Positions 55,368 through 64,000 of a stretch of 64,000 nucleotides of DNA are shown here, piece after piece. The notes beneath the pieces were generated by a model. The model made no database searches, was not told the DNA's origin, and was given only the letters and a program-made list of their open reading frames with translations. Each line of letters starts with the position of its first letter. Position 1 is the first letter of the stretch. Source of the stretch: Escherichia phage vB_EcoM_G10400; sequence record MK327937.1. One strand, 5' to 3'. A program made the position numbers and the translations under genes.

Positions 55368-58300
55368 ATGGCCGAGATTAAAAGAAAGTTCAGAGCAGAA
55401 GATGGTCTGGACGCAGGTGGTGATAAAATAATCAACGTAGCTTTAGCTGATCGTGCCGTAGGAACTGACGGCGTTAACGTTGATTACTTAATTCAAGAAA
55501 ACACAGTTCAACAATATGATCCAACTCGTGGATATTTAAAAGATTTTGTAATCATTTATGATAACCGCTTTTGGGCTGCTATAAATGATATTCCAAAACC
55601 AGCAGGAGCTTTTAATAGCGTACGATGGAGAGCGTTACGTACTGATGCAAACTGGACAACTGTTTCATCAGGACCTTATCAATTAAAATCGGGCGAATCA
55701 ATTTCAGTTGATACTGCAGCTGGTAATGACATTACATTTACTTTACCATCTTCTCCAATTGATGGTGATACCATCGTTCTCCAAGATATTGGAGGAAAAC
55801 CTGGAGTTAATCAAGTTTTAATTACAGCTCCGGTACAAAGCATTGTAAATTTTAGAGGTCAGCAAGTACGTTCAGTACTAATGACTCATCCAAAATCACA
55901 GATAGTTTTAATTTTTAGTAATCGTCTGTGGCAAATGTATGTTGCTGATTATAGTAGAGAAGCTGTAGTTGTAACTCCTGCGAGTCTCTATCAGGCACAA
56001 TCAAACGATTTTATCGTACGTAGATTTACTTCTGCTTCAGCAATTAATATTAAACTTCCAAGATTTGCCAATCATGGCGATATTATTAATTTCGTTGATT
56101 TGGATAAATTAAATCCTCTTTATCACACAATTGTTACTACATATGATGAAACAACTTCAGTACAAGAAGTTGGAACTCATTCCATTGAAGGTCGTACATC
56201 GATTGACGGTTTCTTGATGTTTGATGATAATGAGAAATTGTGGAGATTGTTTGACGGGGATAGTAAAGCACGTTTACGCATTATAACAACTAATTCTAAT
56301 ATTCGTCCAAACGAAGAAGTCATGGTATTTGGCGCGAATAATGGAACAACCCAAACAATTGAACTTCAGCTTCCGACTGATATTTCTGTTGGTGATACTG
56401 TCAAAATTTCCATGAATTACATGAGAAAAGGACAAACGGTTAAAATCAAAGCTGCAGGTGAAGATAAAATTGCTTCTTCAGTTCAATTGCTGCAATTCCC
56501 AAAACGCTCAGAATATCCACCTGAAGCTGAATGGGTAACAGTTCAAGAATTAGTTTTTAATGGTGAAACTAATTATGTACCAGTTTTGCAACTTGCTTAT
56601 ATTGAAGATTCTGATGGAAAATACTGGGTTGTACAGCAAAATGTTCCAACCGTAGAAAGAGTAGATTCTTTAAATGATTCTACTAGAGCAAGATTAGGCG
56701 TAATTGCTTTAGCTACACAAGCTCAAGCTAATGTCGATTTAGAAAATTCTCCTCAAAAAGAATTAGCAATTACTCCAGAAACGTTAGCTAATCGTACTGC
56801 TACAGAAACTCGCAGAGGTATTGCAAGAATAGCAACTACTGCTCAAGTGAATCAGAACACCACATTCTCTTTTGCAGATGACCTTATCATTACTCCTAAA
56901 AAGCTGAATGAAAGAACTGCTACAGAAACTCGTAGAGGTGTCGCAGAAATTGCTACGCAGCAAGAAACTAATACAGGTACTGATGATACTACAATCATTA
57001 CTCCTAAAAAGCTTCAAGCTCGTCAAGGTTCTGAATCATTATCTGGTATTGTAACCTTTGTATCTACTGCAGGAGCTACTCCAGCTTCTAGCCGTGAATT
57101 AAATGGTACGAATGTTTATAATAAAAACACTAATAATTTAGTTGTTTCGCCTAAAGCTCTGGATCAGTATAAAGCTACTCCAACGCAACAAGGTGCAGTA
57201 ATTTTAGCAGTTGAAAGTGAAGTAATTGCTGGACAAAGTCAGGAAGGATGGGCAAATGCGGTTGTAACGCCAGAAACGTTACATAAAAAGACATCAACTG
57301 ATGGAAGAATTGGTTTAATTGAAATTGCTACGCAAAGTGAAGTTAATACAGGAACTGATTATACACGTGCAGTCACTCCTAAAACTTTAAATGACCGTAG
57401 AGCAACTGAAAGTTTAAGTGGTATAGCTGAAATTGCTACACAAGTTGAATTCGACGCGGGCGTCGACGATACTCGTATCTCTACACCATTAAAAATTAAA
57501 ACCAGATTTAATAGTACTGATCGTACTTCTGTTGTTGCTCTATCTGGATTAGTTGAATCAGGAACTCTCTGGGACCATTATACCCTTAATATTCTTGAAG
57601 CAAATGAGACACAACGTGGTACACTTCGTGTGGCTACACAAGTAGAAGCTGCTGCTGGAAAATTAGATAATGTTTTAATAACTCCTAAAAAGCTTTTAGG
57701 TACTAAATCTACTGAAGCACAAGAAGGTGTTATTAAAGTTGCAACTCAGTCTGAAACTGTGACTGGAACGTCAGCAAATACTGCTGTATCTCCAAAAAAT
57801 TTAAAATGGATTGTGCAGAGTGAACCTACCTGGGCAGCTACTACTGCAGTAAGAGGCTTTGTTAAAACTTCATCTGGTTCAATTACATTTGTCGGTAATG
57901 ATACAGTCGGTTCTACCCAAGATTTAGAACTGTATGAGAAAAATAGTTATGCAGTATCACCATATGAATTAAACCGTGTATTAGCAAATTATTTGCCATT
58001 AAAAGCAAAAGCTGCGGATAGTAATTTATTGGATGGTCTAGATTCATCTCAGTTCATTCGTAGGGATATTGCGCAGACGGTTAATGGTTCACTAACCTTA
58101 ACTCAACAAACGAATCTGAGTGCCCCTCTTGTATCATCTAGTACTGCTACGTTTGGTGGATCAGTTTCGGCAAATAGTACACTAACTATTTCTAATACTG
58201 ATAGAACAGCAACTCGTCTGATTTTTGAGAAAGGATCTCAAACTGGAACGAACCCGGCTCAAACGATGACAGTCAGCGTGTGGGGGAATCAATTTAGTGG

Positions 58301-59240
58301 GGAATCAAACACAACACGTTCTACCGTATTTGAAGTTAGTGATGAAACATCTTATCACTTTTATTCTCAACGCGATAAAGATGGTAATATAGCATTTAGC
58401 ATTAATGGTACTGTAATGCCAATAAATGTGAATGCTTTAGGAACATTGAATGCAAATGGTGTAGCAACATTTGGTAATTCAGTCACTGCAAGTGGTGAAA
58501 TTATTTCTCGAAGCGCAAATGCTTTCCGTGCTATTAACGGAAATTATGGTTTTATTGTTCGCAATGACGGGTCAGTAACGAATTTTATGCTTACTGCATC
58601 GGGCGATCAGACTGGTGGATTTAATGGATTACGTCCATTAACTATTAATAATGCATCTGGTCAAGTAACGATTGGTGAAAGCTTAATCATTGCCAAAGGT
58701 GCTACTATAAATTCAGGCGGTTTAACTGTTAACTCGAGAATTCGTTCTCAGGGCACTAAAACATCTGACTTATATACCCGTGTGCCGACATCTGATACTG
58801 TAGGATTCTGGTCAATTGACATTAATGATTCAGCTACTTATAACCAATTCCCGGGTTATTTTGAAATGGTTGAAAAAACTAATGAAGTGACTGGACTTCC
58901 ATACTTAGAACGTGGCGAAGAGGTTAAATCTCCTGGTACATTGACTCAGTTTGGTAACACACTTGATTCGCTTTACCAAGATTGGATTACTTATCCAACT
59001 ACCCCAGAAGCTCGCACCACTCGCTGGACACGCACATGGCAGAAAACAAAAAACTCTTGGTCGAGTTTTGTTCAGGTATTTGATGGAGGTAACCCTCCTC
59101 AGCCATCTGATATTGGTGCTTTACCATCTGATAATGCTATAATGGGGAATCTTACTATTCGTGATTTCTTACGAATTGGTAATGTTCGCATTATTCCTGA
59201 CCCAGTGAATAAAACGGTTAAATTTGAATGGGTTGAATAA
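55368..59240 (+). CDS. 34: Long tail fibre proximal subunit
   Basis: 1290-aa ORF, size and position match T4 gp34; internal repeat-rich sequence. Confidence 0.95.
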   Translation: MAEIKRKFRAEDGLDAGGDKIINVALADRAVGTDGVNVDYLIQENTVQQYDPTRGYLKDFVIIYDNRFWAAINDIPKPAGAFNSVRWRALRTDANWTTVSSGPYQLKSGESISVDTAAGNDITFTLPSSPIDGDTIVLQDIGGKPGVNQVLITAPVQSIVNFRGQQVRSVLMTHPKSQIVLIFSNRLWQMYVADYSREAVVVTPASLYQAQSNDFIVRRFTSASAINIKLPRFANHGDIINFVDLDKLNPLYHTIVTTYDETTSVQEVGTHSIEGRTSIDGFLMFDDNEKLWRLFDGDSKARLRIITTNSNIRPNEEVMVFGANNGTTQTIELQLPTDISVGDTVKISMNYMRKGQTVKIKAAGEDKIASSVQLLQFPKRSEYPPEAEWVTVQELVFNGETNYVPVLQLAYIEDSDGKYWVVQQNVPTVERVDSLNDSTRARLGVIALATQAQANVDLENSPQKELAITPETLANRTATETRRGIARIATTAQVNQNTTFSFADDLIITPKKLNERTATETRRGVAEIATQQETNTGTDDTTIITPKKLQARQGSESLSGIVTFVSTAGATPASSRELNGTNVYNKNTNNLVVSPKALDQYKATPTQQGAVILAVESEVIAGQSQEGWANAVVTPETLHKKTSTDGRIGLIEIATQSEVNTGTDYTRAVTPKTLNDRRATESLSGIAEIATQVEFDAGVDDTRISTPLKIKTRFNSTDRTSVVALSGLVESGTLWDHYTLNILEANETQRGTLRVATQVEAAAGKLDNVLITPKKLLGTKSTEAQEGVIKVATQSETVTGTSANTAVSPKNLKWIVQSEPTWAATTAVRGFVKTSSGSITFVGNDTVGSTQDLELYEKNSYAVSPYELNRVLANYLPLKAKAADSNLLDGLDSSQFIRRDIAQTVNGSLTLTQQTNLSAPLVSSSTATFGGSVSANSTLTISNTDRTATRLIFEKGSQTGTNPAQTMTVSVWGNQFSGESNTTRSTVFEVSDETSYHFYSQRDKDGNIAFSINGTVMPINVNALGTLNANGVATFGNSVTASGEIISRSANAFRAINGNYGFIVRNDGSVTNFMLTASGDQTGGFNGLRPLTINNASGQVTIGESLIIAKGATINSGGLTVNSRIRSQGTKTSDLYTRVPTSDTVGFWSIDINDSATYNQFPGYFEMVEKTNEVTGLPYLERGEEVKSPGTLTQFGNTLDSLYQDWITYPTTPEARTTRWTRTWQKTKNSWSSFVQVFDGGNPPQPSDIGALPSDNAIMGNLTIRDFLRIGNVRIIPDPVNKTVKFEWVE

Positions 59241-59248
59241 GAGGTATT

Positions 59249-60364
59249 ATGGAAAAATTTATGGCAGAGTTTGGACAAGGATATGTCCAAACGCCATTTT
59301 TATCGGAAAGTAATTCAGTAAGATATAAAATAAGTATAGCGGGTTCTTGCCCGCTTTCTACTGCAGGACCATACGTCAAATTTCAGGATAATCTTGTTGG
59401 AAGCCAAACATTTAGCGCAGGTCTTCATTTAAGAGTTTTTGACCCTTCTACAGGAGCATTAGTTGATAGTAAGTCATATGCTTTTTCAACTTCAAATGAT
59501 ACTACATCAGCTGCTTTTGTTAGTTTCATGAATTCTTTGGCGAATAACAGACTTGTTGCTATATTAACTAGCGGAAAGGTTAATTTTCCTCCTGAAGTAG
59601 TATCTTGGTTAAGAGCAGCAGGAACGTCTGCTTTTCCATCTGATTCTTTATTGTCAAGATTTGACGTATCATATGCTGCCTTTTATACTTCTTCCAAAGG
59701 AGCTATTGCATTAGAACATGTTAAACTAAGTAATAGAAAAAGCACAGATGACTATCAAACTATTTTAGATGTTGTATTTGACAGTTTAGAAGACGTTGGA
59801 GCTACGGGATTTCCTAAAAGAACATATGAAAGCGTGGAGCAATTTATGTCAGCAGTCGGTGGAACTAATAACGAAATTGCACGTTTACCAACTTCATCCG
59901 CAATAAGTAAACTCTCTGATTATAATTTAATTCCTGGCGATGTTCTTTATCTTAAAGCGCAGTTATATGCTGATGCAGATTTACTTGCGCTTGGAACTAC
60001 AAATATATCTATCCGTTTTTATGATGAATCGAATGGATATATTTCTTCAACACATGCCGAGTTTACTGGACAAGCTGGGTCATGGGAATTAAAGGAAGAT
60101 TATGTAGTTATTCCAGAAAATGCAGTAGGATTTACGATATATGCACAAAGAACTGCGCAAGCAGGTCAAGGTGGCATGAGAAATTTAAGCTTTTCTGAAG
60201 TATCAAGAAATGGAGGAATTTCAAAACCTGCTGAATTTGGCGTCAATGGTATTCGAGTTAATTATGTCTGTGAATCTGCTTCACCTCCGGATATAATGGT
60301 ACTTCCTACACAAGCATCGTCTAAAACTGGTAAAGTGTTTGGACAAGAATTTAGAGAAGTTTAA
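59249..60364 (+). CDS. 35: Long tail fibre hinge connector
   Basis: 371-aa ORF, T4 synteny. Confidence 0.88.
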   Translation: MEKFMAEFGQGYVQTPFLSESNSVRYKISIAGSCPLSTAGPYVKFQDNLVGSQTFSAGLHLRVFDPSTGALVDSKSYAFSTSNDTTSAAFVSFMNSLANNRLVAILTSGKVNFPPEVVSWLRAAGTSAFPSDSLLSRFDVSYAAFYTSSKGAIALEHVKLSNRKSTDDYQTILDVVFDSLEDVGATGFPKRTYESVEQFMSAVGGTNNEIARLPTSSAISKLSDYNLIPGDVLYLKAQLYADADLLALGTTNISIRFYDESNGYISSTHAEFTGQAGSWELKEDYVVIPENAVGFTIYAQRTAQAGQGGMRNLSFSEVSRNGGISKPAEFGVNGIRVNYVCESASPPDIMVLPTQASSKTGKVFGQEFREV

Positions 60365-60369
60365 ATTGA

Positions 60370-60387
60370 GGGAGCCTTCGGGTTCCC
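60370..60387 (+). terminator. Hairpin GGGAGCC-UUCG-GGUUCCC followed by U-tract after gene 35
   Basis: 7-bp stem (one G-U pair), UUCG loop, UUUUUC. Confidence 0.6.
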
Positions 60388-60395
60388 TTTTTCTT

Positions 60396-60403
60396 TATAA
60401 ATA
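60396..60403 (+). promoter_or_regulatory. Late promoter TATAAATA upstream of gene 36
   Basis: Exact octamer 23 nt upstream of ATG 60427. Confidence 0.55.
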
Positions 60404-60426
60404 CTATTAAAATAAAGGGGCATACA

Positions 60427-61083
60427 ATGGCTGATTTAAAAGTAGGTTCAACAACTGGAGGCTCTGTCATTTGGCATCAAGGAAATTTTCCATTGAATCC
60501 AGCCGGTGACGATGTACTCTATAAATCATTTAAAATATATTCAGAATATAATAAGCCACAAGCTGCCGATAACGATTTCGTTTCTAAAGCTAATGGCGGT
60601 ACGTATTTAAATAAAGTAATTTTTAATAAAGGAATGACTGTTCCTGGCGCAGGGTCAGGTGATAATGGTATTTTTGCTGGTCCTGGTGATAGTGCCACGT
60701 ATGATACTACAAATATGGATATTGTTTCGTGGTATGGTATTGGTTTTAAATCATCACAAGGAACAGCAGGTAGAACTGTAGTAATTAACACGCGAAATGG
60801 AGATATTAGCTCAAAGGGTGTAATTGAAGCATCACAAATCCGTGTAACTTCGTTATCACCAGTAAATAATTATGACCTTACGCGGAAAGATTATGTTGAT
60901 GGAGCAATAAATATTGTTACAGCAAACGCAAACTCTAGGGTATTACGCTCTGGAGACACTATGACAGGAAATTTAACTGCGCCAAACCTTTTTTCACAGA
61001 ATCCTGCATCTCAACCCTCGCATGTTCCACGATTTGACCAAATTGTTATTAAGGATTCTGTTCAAGATTTCGGCTATTATTAA
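60427..61083 (+). CDS. 36: Long tail fibre distal connector
   Basis: 218-aa ORF, T4 synteny. Confidence 0.88.
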   Translation: MADLKVGSTTGGSVIWHQGNFPLNPAGDDVLYKSFKIYSEYNKPQAADNDFVSKANGGTYLNKVIFNKGMTVPGAGSGDNGIFAGPGDSATYDTTNMDIVSWYGIGFKSSQGTAGRTVVINTRNGDISSKGVIEASQIRVTSLSPVNNYDLTRKDYVDGAINIVTANANSRVLRSGDTMTGNLTAPNLFSQNPASQPSHVPRFDQIVIKDSVQDFGYY

Positions 61084-61091
61084 GAGGACTT

Positions 61092-64000
61092 ATGGCTACT
61101 TTAAAACAAATACAATTTAAAAGAAGCAAAACTGCAGGAGCACGTCCTGCCGCTTCAGTATTAGCCGAAGGTGAATTGGCTATAAACTTAAAAGACCGTG
61201 TACTTTTTACTAAAGATGACCAAGGAAATATTATTGATCTGGGTTTTGCTAAAGGCGGTAGTATTGACGGGAATGTTATTCATACAGGCAATTATAACCA
61301 AACTGGCGATTATACTTTAAATGGTGTCTTCACTCAGACTGGTAATTTTAATTTAACTGGTATTGCTCGAGTAACTCGCGATATTATTGCCGCTGGGCAG
61401 ATTATGACTGAAGGCGGAGAACTTATTACAAAAAGTTCAGGTACAGCGCATGTTCGTTTTTTCGATAACAATAGTCGCGAACGCGGAATCATTTATGCCC
61501 CGGCTAATGATGGTTTAACTACACAAGTACTTAATATCAGGGTTCAAGACTACGCCGCTGGTAGCGAAAGCACTTATGCATTTTCAGGCAGTGGACTATT
61601 TACTTCACCTGAAGTATCAGCATGGAAATCTATTTCGTCTCCACAAATTCTAACCAACAAAGTCATTACTAATAATAAATCTACGGGTGATTATGACATC
61701 TATTCGATGGCAGACAATGTTCCATTGTCTGAAAGCACTACTGCTATTAATCATCTTCGTGTCATGCGTAATGCCGTTGGTTCTGGTATTTTCCATGAAG
61801 TTAAAGATAATGATGGAATAACTTGGTATGCAGGTGATGGACTTGACACCTATCTTTGGTCATTTACTTGGAGCGGCGGAATTAAATCGAGTCACTCAAT
61901 TTCTATTGGTTTAACACCTGGTAATAAAGATTATTCAATATTAGGACCATCTAGTATTGCTTTAGGAGATAATGATACTGGATTTAAATGGCATCAAGAT
62001 GGATATTATTTTAGCGTTAATAATGGAACAAAAACGTTTTTATTTAGTCCTAGCGAAACAACTAGCCTAAGAAAATTTGTAGCTGGATATTCTACTAACG
62101 GAACCGATTTAACTACTCCTCCAACTGAAAACTATGCATTAGCCACTGTTGTTACTTACCATGATAATAACGCATACGGCGACGGTCAAACTCTTTTAGG
62201 ATATTATCAAGGCGGTAACTATCATCATTATTTCCGCGGTAAAGGTACTACAAACATTAATACTCACGGCGGTTTGTTAGTTACTCCTGGTAATATTGAC
62301 GTTATTGGTGGTTCTGTTAATATCGATGGTAGAAATAATAATTCAACTTTAATGTTTAAAGGCTATACCATGGGTCAAAGCTCCGTTGATAACATGTATA
62401 TAGCTGTTTGGGGAAATACTTTTACTAATCCAAGTGAAGGCACCCGTAAAAATGTCATGGAAATTTCTGATGATATTGGATGGATGCATTATATTCAACG
62501 AACAACTGCAGGTAAAGTCGAATCGGTTCTAAACGGCACCCAGATTGTTAATGAAAACTTGACCGTAGTAAAAAATGCTACATTTGATGGTACAATCAGC
62601 GCAGCAGGTGAAATTTCATCTGGGGCTGTGAATGCGCTTCGTATTTGGAACGCAGATTATGGAGCTATTTTTAGACGTTCAGAAGGCAGTCTTCATATTA
62701 TTCCAACTGCTTACGGTGAAGGTAAATATGGCGATATCGGTCCACTTCGCCCGTTTAGTATGGCTTTAGATACCGGTAAAGTTACTATTCCAGATTTACA
62801 ATCAAGTTACAATACGTTTGCTGCTAACGGTTATATTAAATTTGTTGGTCATGGAGCGGGTGCCGGCGGTTATGACATTCAATATGCTCAAGCGGCTCCT
62901 ATTTTCCAGGAAATTGATGATGATGCTGTAAGCAAATATTATCCTATTGTTAAACAGAAGTTTTTAAATGGTAAAGCTGTTTGGTCTTTAGGTACTGAAA
63001 TTAGTTCAGGTACATTCGTTATTCATCATCTGAAAGAAGATGGTTCACAAGGCCATACGTCTCGTTTTAATCAAGACGGTACTGTTAACTTCCCAGATAA
63101 CGTTTCTGTCGGCGGCGGTGAAGCTACTATTGCTCGCAATGGTAATATCTGGTCTGATATCTGGAAAACGTTTACTTCAGCAGGCGACGTAACTAATATT
63201 CGCGATGCAATAGCTACTCGTGTTGCTAAAGAAGGTGATACGATGACCGGTAGGTTGACTTTATCTGCTGGAAATGATGCCCTTGTTTTAACTGCAGGCA
63301 CGGGCGCTTCATCGCACATCCGTAGTGATGTAGGTGGTACAAATAATTGGTTTATAGGCAAAGGCGGCGGCGACAATGGTCTAAGTTTTTACAGTTACAT
63401 TACACAAGGCGGTGTGAACATAACAAATAACGGCGAAATAGCGCTTTCTCCTCAAGGACAAGGAGCGTTTAATTTTAATAGAGACCGCCTTCATATAAAC
63501 GGTACACAATGGACCGCACACCAGGCTGGCGATTGGGGAAATCAATGGCGCCAGGAAGCTCCTGTATTTGTGGATTTTGGTAATGTCGGTAATGATAGTT
63601 ATTATCCTATTATTAAAGGAAAATCTGGTATTACTAATGAAGGGTATATATCTGGTGTAGATTTTGGTATGCGACGCATTCCTAATAACTGGGCACAAGG
63701 TATTATTCGTGTAGGTAATCAGGAAAACGGTTCCGACCCACAAGCTGTCTTCGAATTCCACCATAATGGAAACATGTACGTTCCTGACATGGTTAAAGCT
63801 GGAGTAAGAATATCAGCTGGTGGAGGTGACCCTGCATGGACAGACGCATGTGTTGTTATTGGTGATAATGACACCGGATTAGTTCATGGTGGTGACGGCC
63901 GAATCAATATGGTTGCCAATGGTATACATATTGCAAACTGGGGAGCAGGCTATCAATCTCATCCTGGGCTTTGGGATTCAACCGGTGCTTTTTGGACAGA
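61092..64000 (+). CDS. 37: Long tail fibre distal subunit (receptor-binding fibre), 3' end outside window
   Basis: Open frame from ATG 61092 to window edge; N-terminus MATLKQIQFKRSK...AEGELAINLKDR resembles T4 gp37 while the rest diverges. Confidence 0.9.
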   Translation, partial: MATLKQIQFKRSKTAGARPAASVLAEGELAINLKDRVLFTKDDQGNIIDLGFAKGGSIDGNVIHTGNYNQTGDYTLNGVFTQTGNFNLTGIARVTRDIIAAGQIMTEGGELITKSSGTAHVRFFDNNSRERGIIYAPANDGLTTQVLNIRVQDYAAGSESTYAFSGSGLFTSPEVSAWKSISSPQILTNKVITNNKSTGDYDIYSMADNVPLSESTTAINHLRVMRNAVGSGIFHEVKDNDGITWYAGDGLDTYLWSFTWSGGIKSSHSISIGLTPGNKDYSILGPSSIALGDNDTGFKWHQDGYYFSVNNGTKTFLFSPSETTSLRKFVAGYSTNGTDLTTPPTENYALATVVTYHDNNAYGDGQTLLGYYQGGNYHHYFRGKGTTNINTHGGLLVTPGNIDVIGGSVNIDGRNNNSTLMFKGYTMGQSSVDNMYIAVWGNTFTNPSEGTRKNVMEISDDIGWMHYIQRTTAGKVESVLNGTQIVNENLTVVKNATFDGTISAAGEISSGAVNALRIWNADYGAIFRRSEGSLHIIPTAYGEGKYGDIGPLRPFSMALDTGKVTIPDLQSSYNTFAANGYIKFVGHGAGAGGYDIQYAQAAPIFQEIDDDAVSKYYPIVKQKFLNGKAVWSLGTEISSGTFVIHHLKEDGSQGHTSRFNQDGTVNFPDNVSVGGGEATIARNGNIWSDIWKTFTSAGDVTNIRDAIATRVAKEGDTMTGRLTLSAGNDALVLTAGTGASSHIRSDVGGTNNWFIGKGGGDNGLSFYSYITQGGVNITNNGEIALSPQGQGAFNFNRDRLHINGTQWTAHQAGDWGNQWRQEAPVFVDFGNVGNDSYYPIIKGKSGITNEGYISGVDFGMRRIPNNWAQGIIRVGNQENGSDPQAVFEFHHNGNMYVPDMVKAGVRISAGGGDPAWTDACVVIGDNDTGLVHGGDGRINMVANGIHIANWGAGYQSHPGLWDSTGAFWT

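Noticed and set aside
63071-63764. Minus-strand ORFs of 101 and 127 aa near the window end
   Set aside because: They lie entirely inside the open reading frame of gene 37 on the plus strand.

Overview
This 64-kb window is a contiguous segment of a T4-like (Tequatrovirus-type) myovirus genome, syntenic with phage T4 from the 3' end of gene 17 (terminase) to the 5' part of gene 37 (long tail fibre). Plus strand: late structural genes 18-19-20-67-68-21-22-23-24. Minus strand: rnlB-hoc-inh. Then segD-uvsW (+), uvsY-25-26 (-), and baseplate genes 51-27-28-29-48-54 (+). A long minus-strand early/middle block follows: two tandem Alt-like ADP-ribosyltransferases, DNA ligase (30), rIII, 31, cd, pseT, alc, rnlA, denA, intron-split nrdB carrying I-TevIII, nrdA, intron-split td carrying I-TevI, frd, 32, 59, 33, dsbA and rnh. 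The window ends with tail-fibre genes 34-35-36-37 (+). I do not find a new, undescribed biological system: nearly every sizeable ORF has a recognisable T4 counterpart and the hairpin terminators and TATAAATA late promoters are typical T4 signals. The most important anomaly is technical. A complete Illumina Nextera adapter read-through plus a poly-A run sits at 14018-14139 between inh and segD, flanked by an exact 55-bp duplication, which looks like an untrimmed contig-end junction. The phage is not T4 itself; from memory of the T4 map (not checked against a database) it differs by an HNH endonuclease gene between 18 and 19, a Hoc with an extra Ig-like domain, two intact Alt-like paralogs, a full-length I-TevIII with no gene between nrdA and nrdB, an extra ORF between td and frd, and no gene between 32 and 59. 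All homology calls come from reading the translations and recalling known sequences and motifs; no searches were run.
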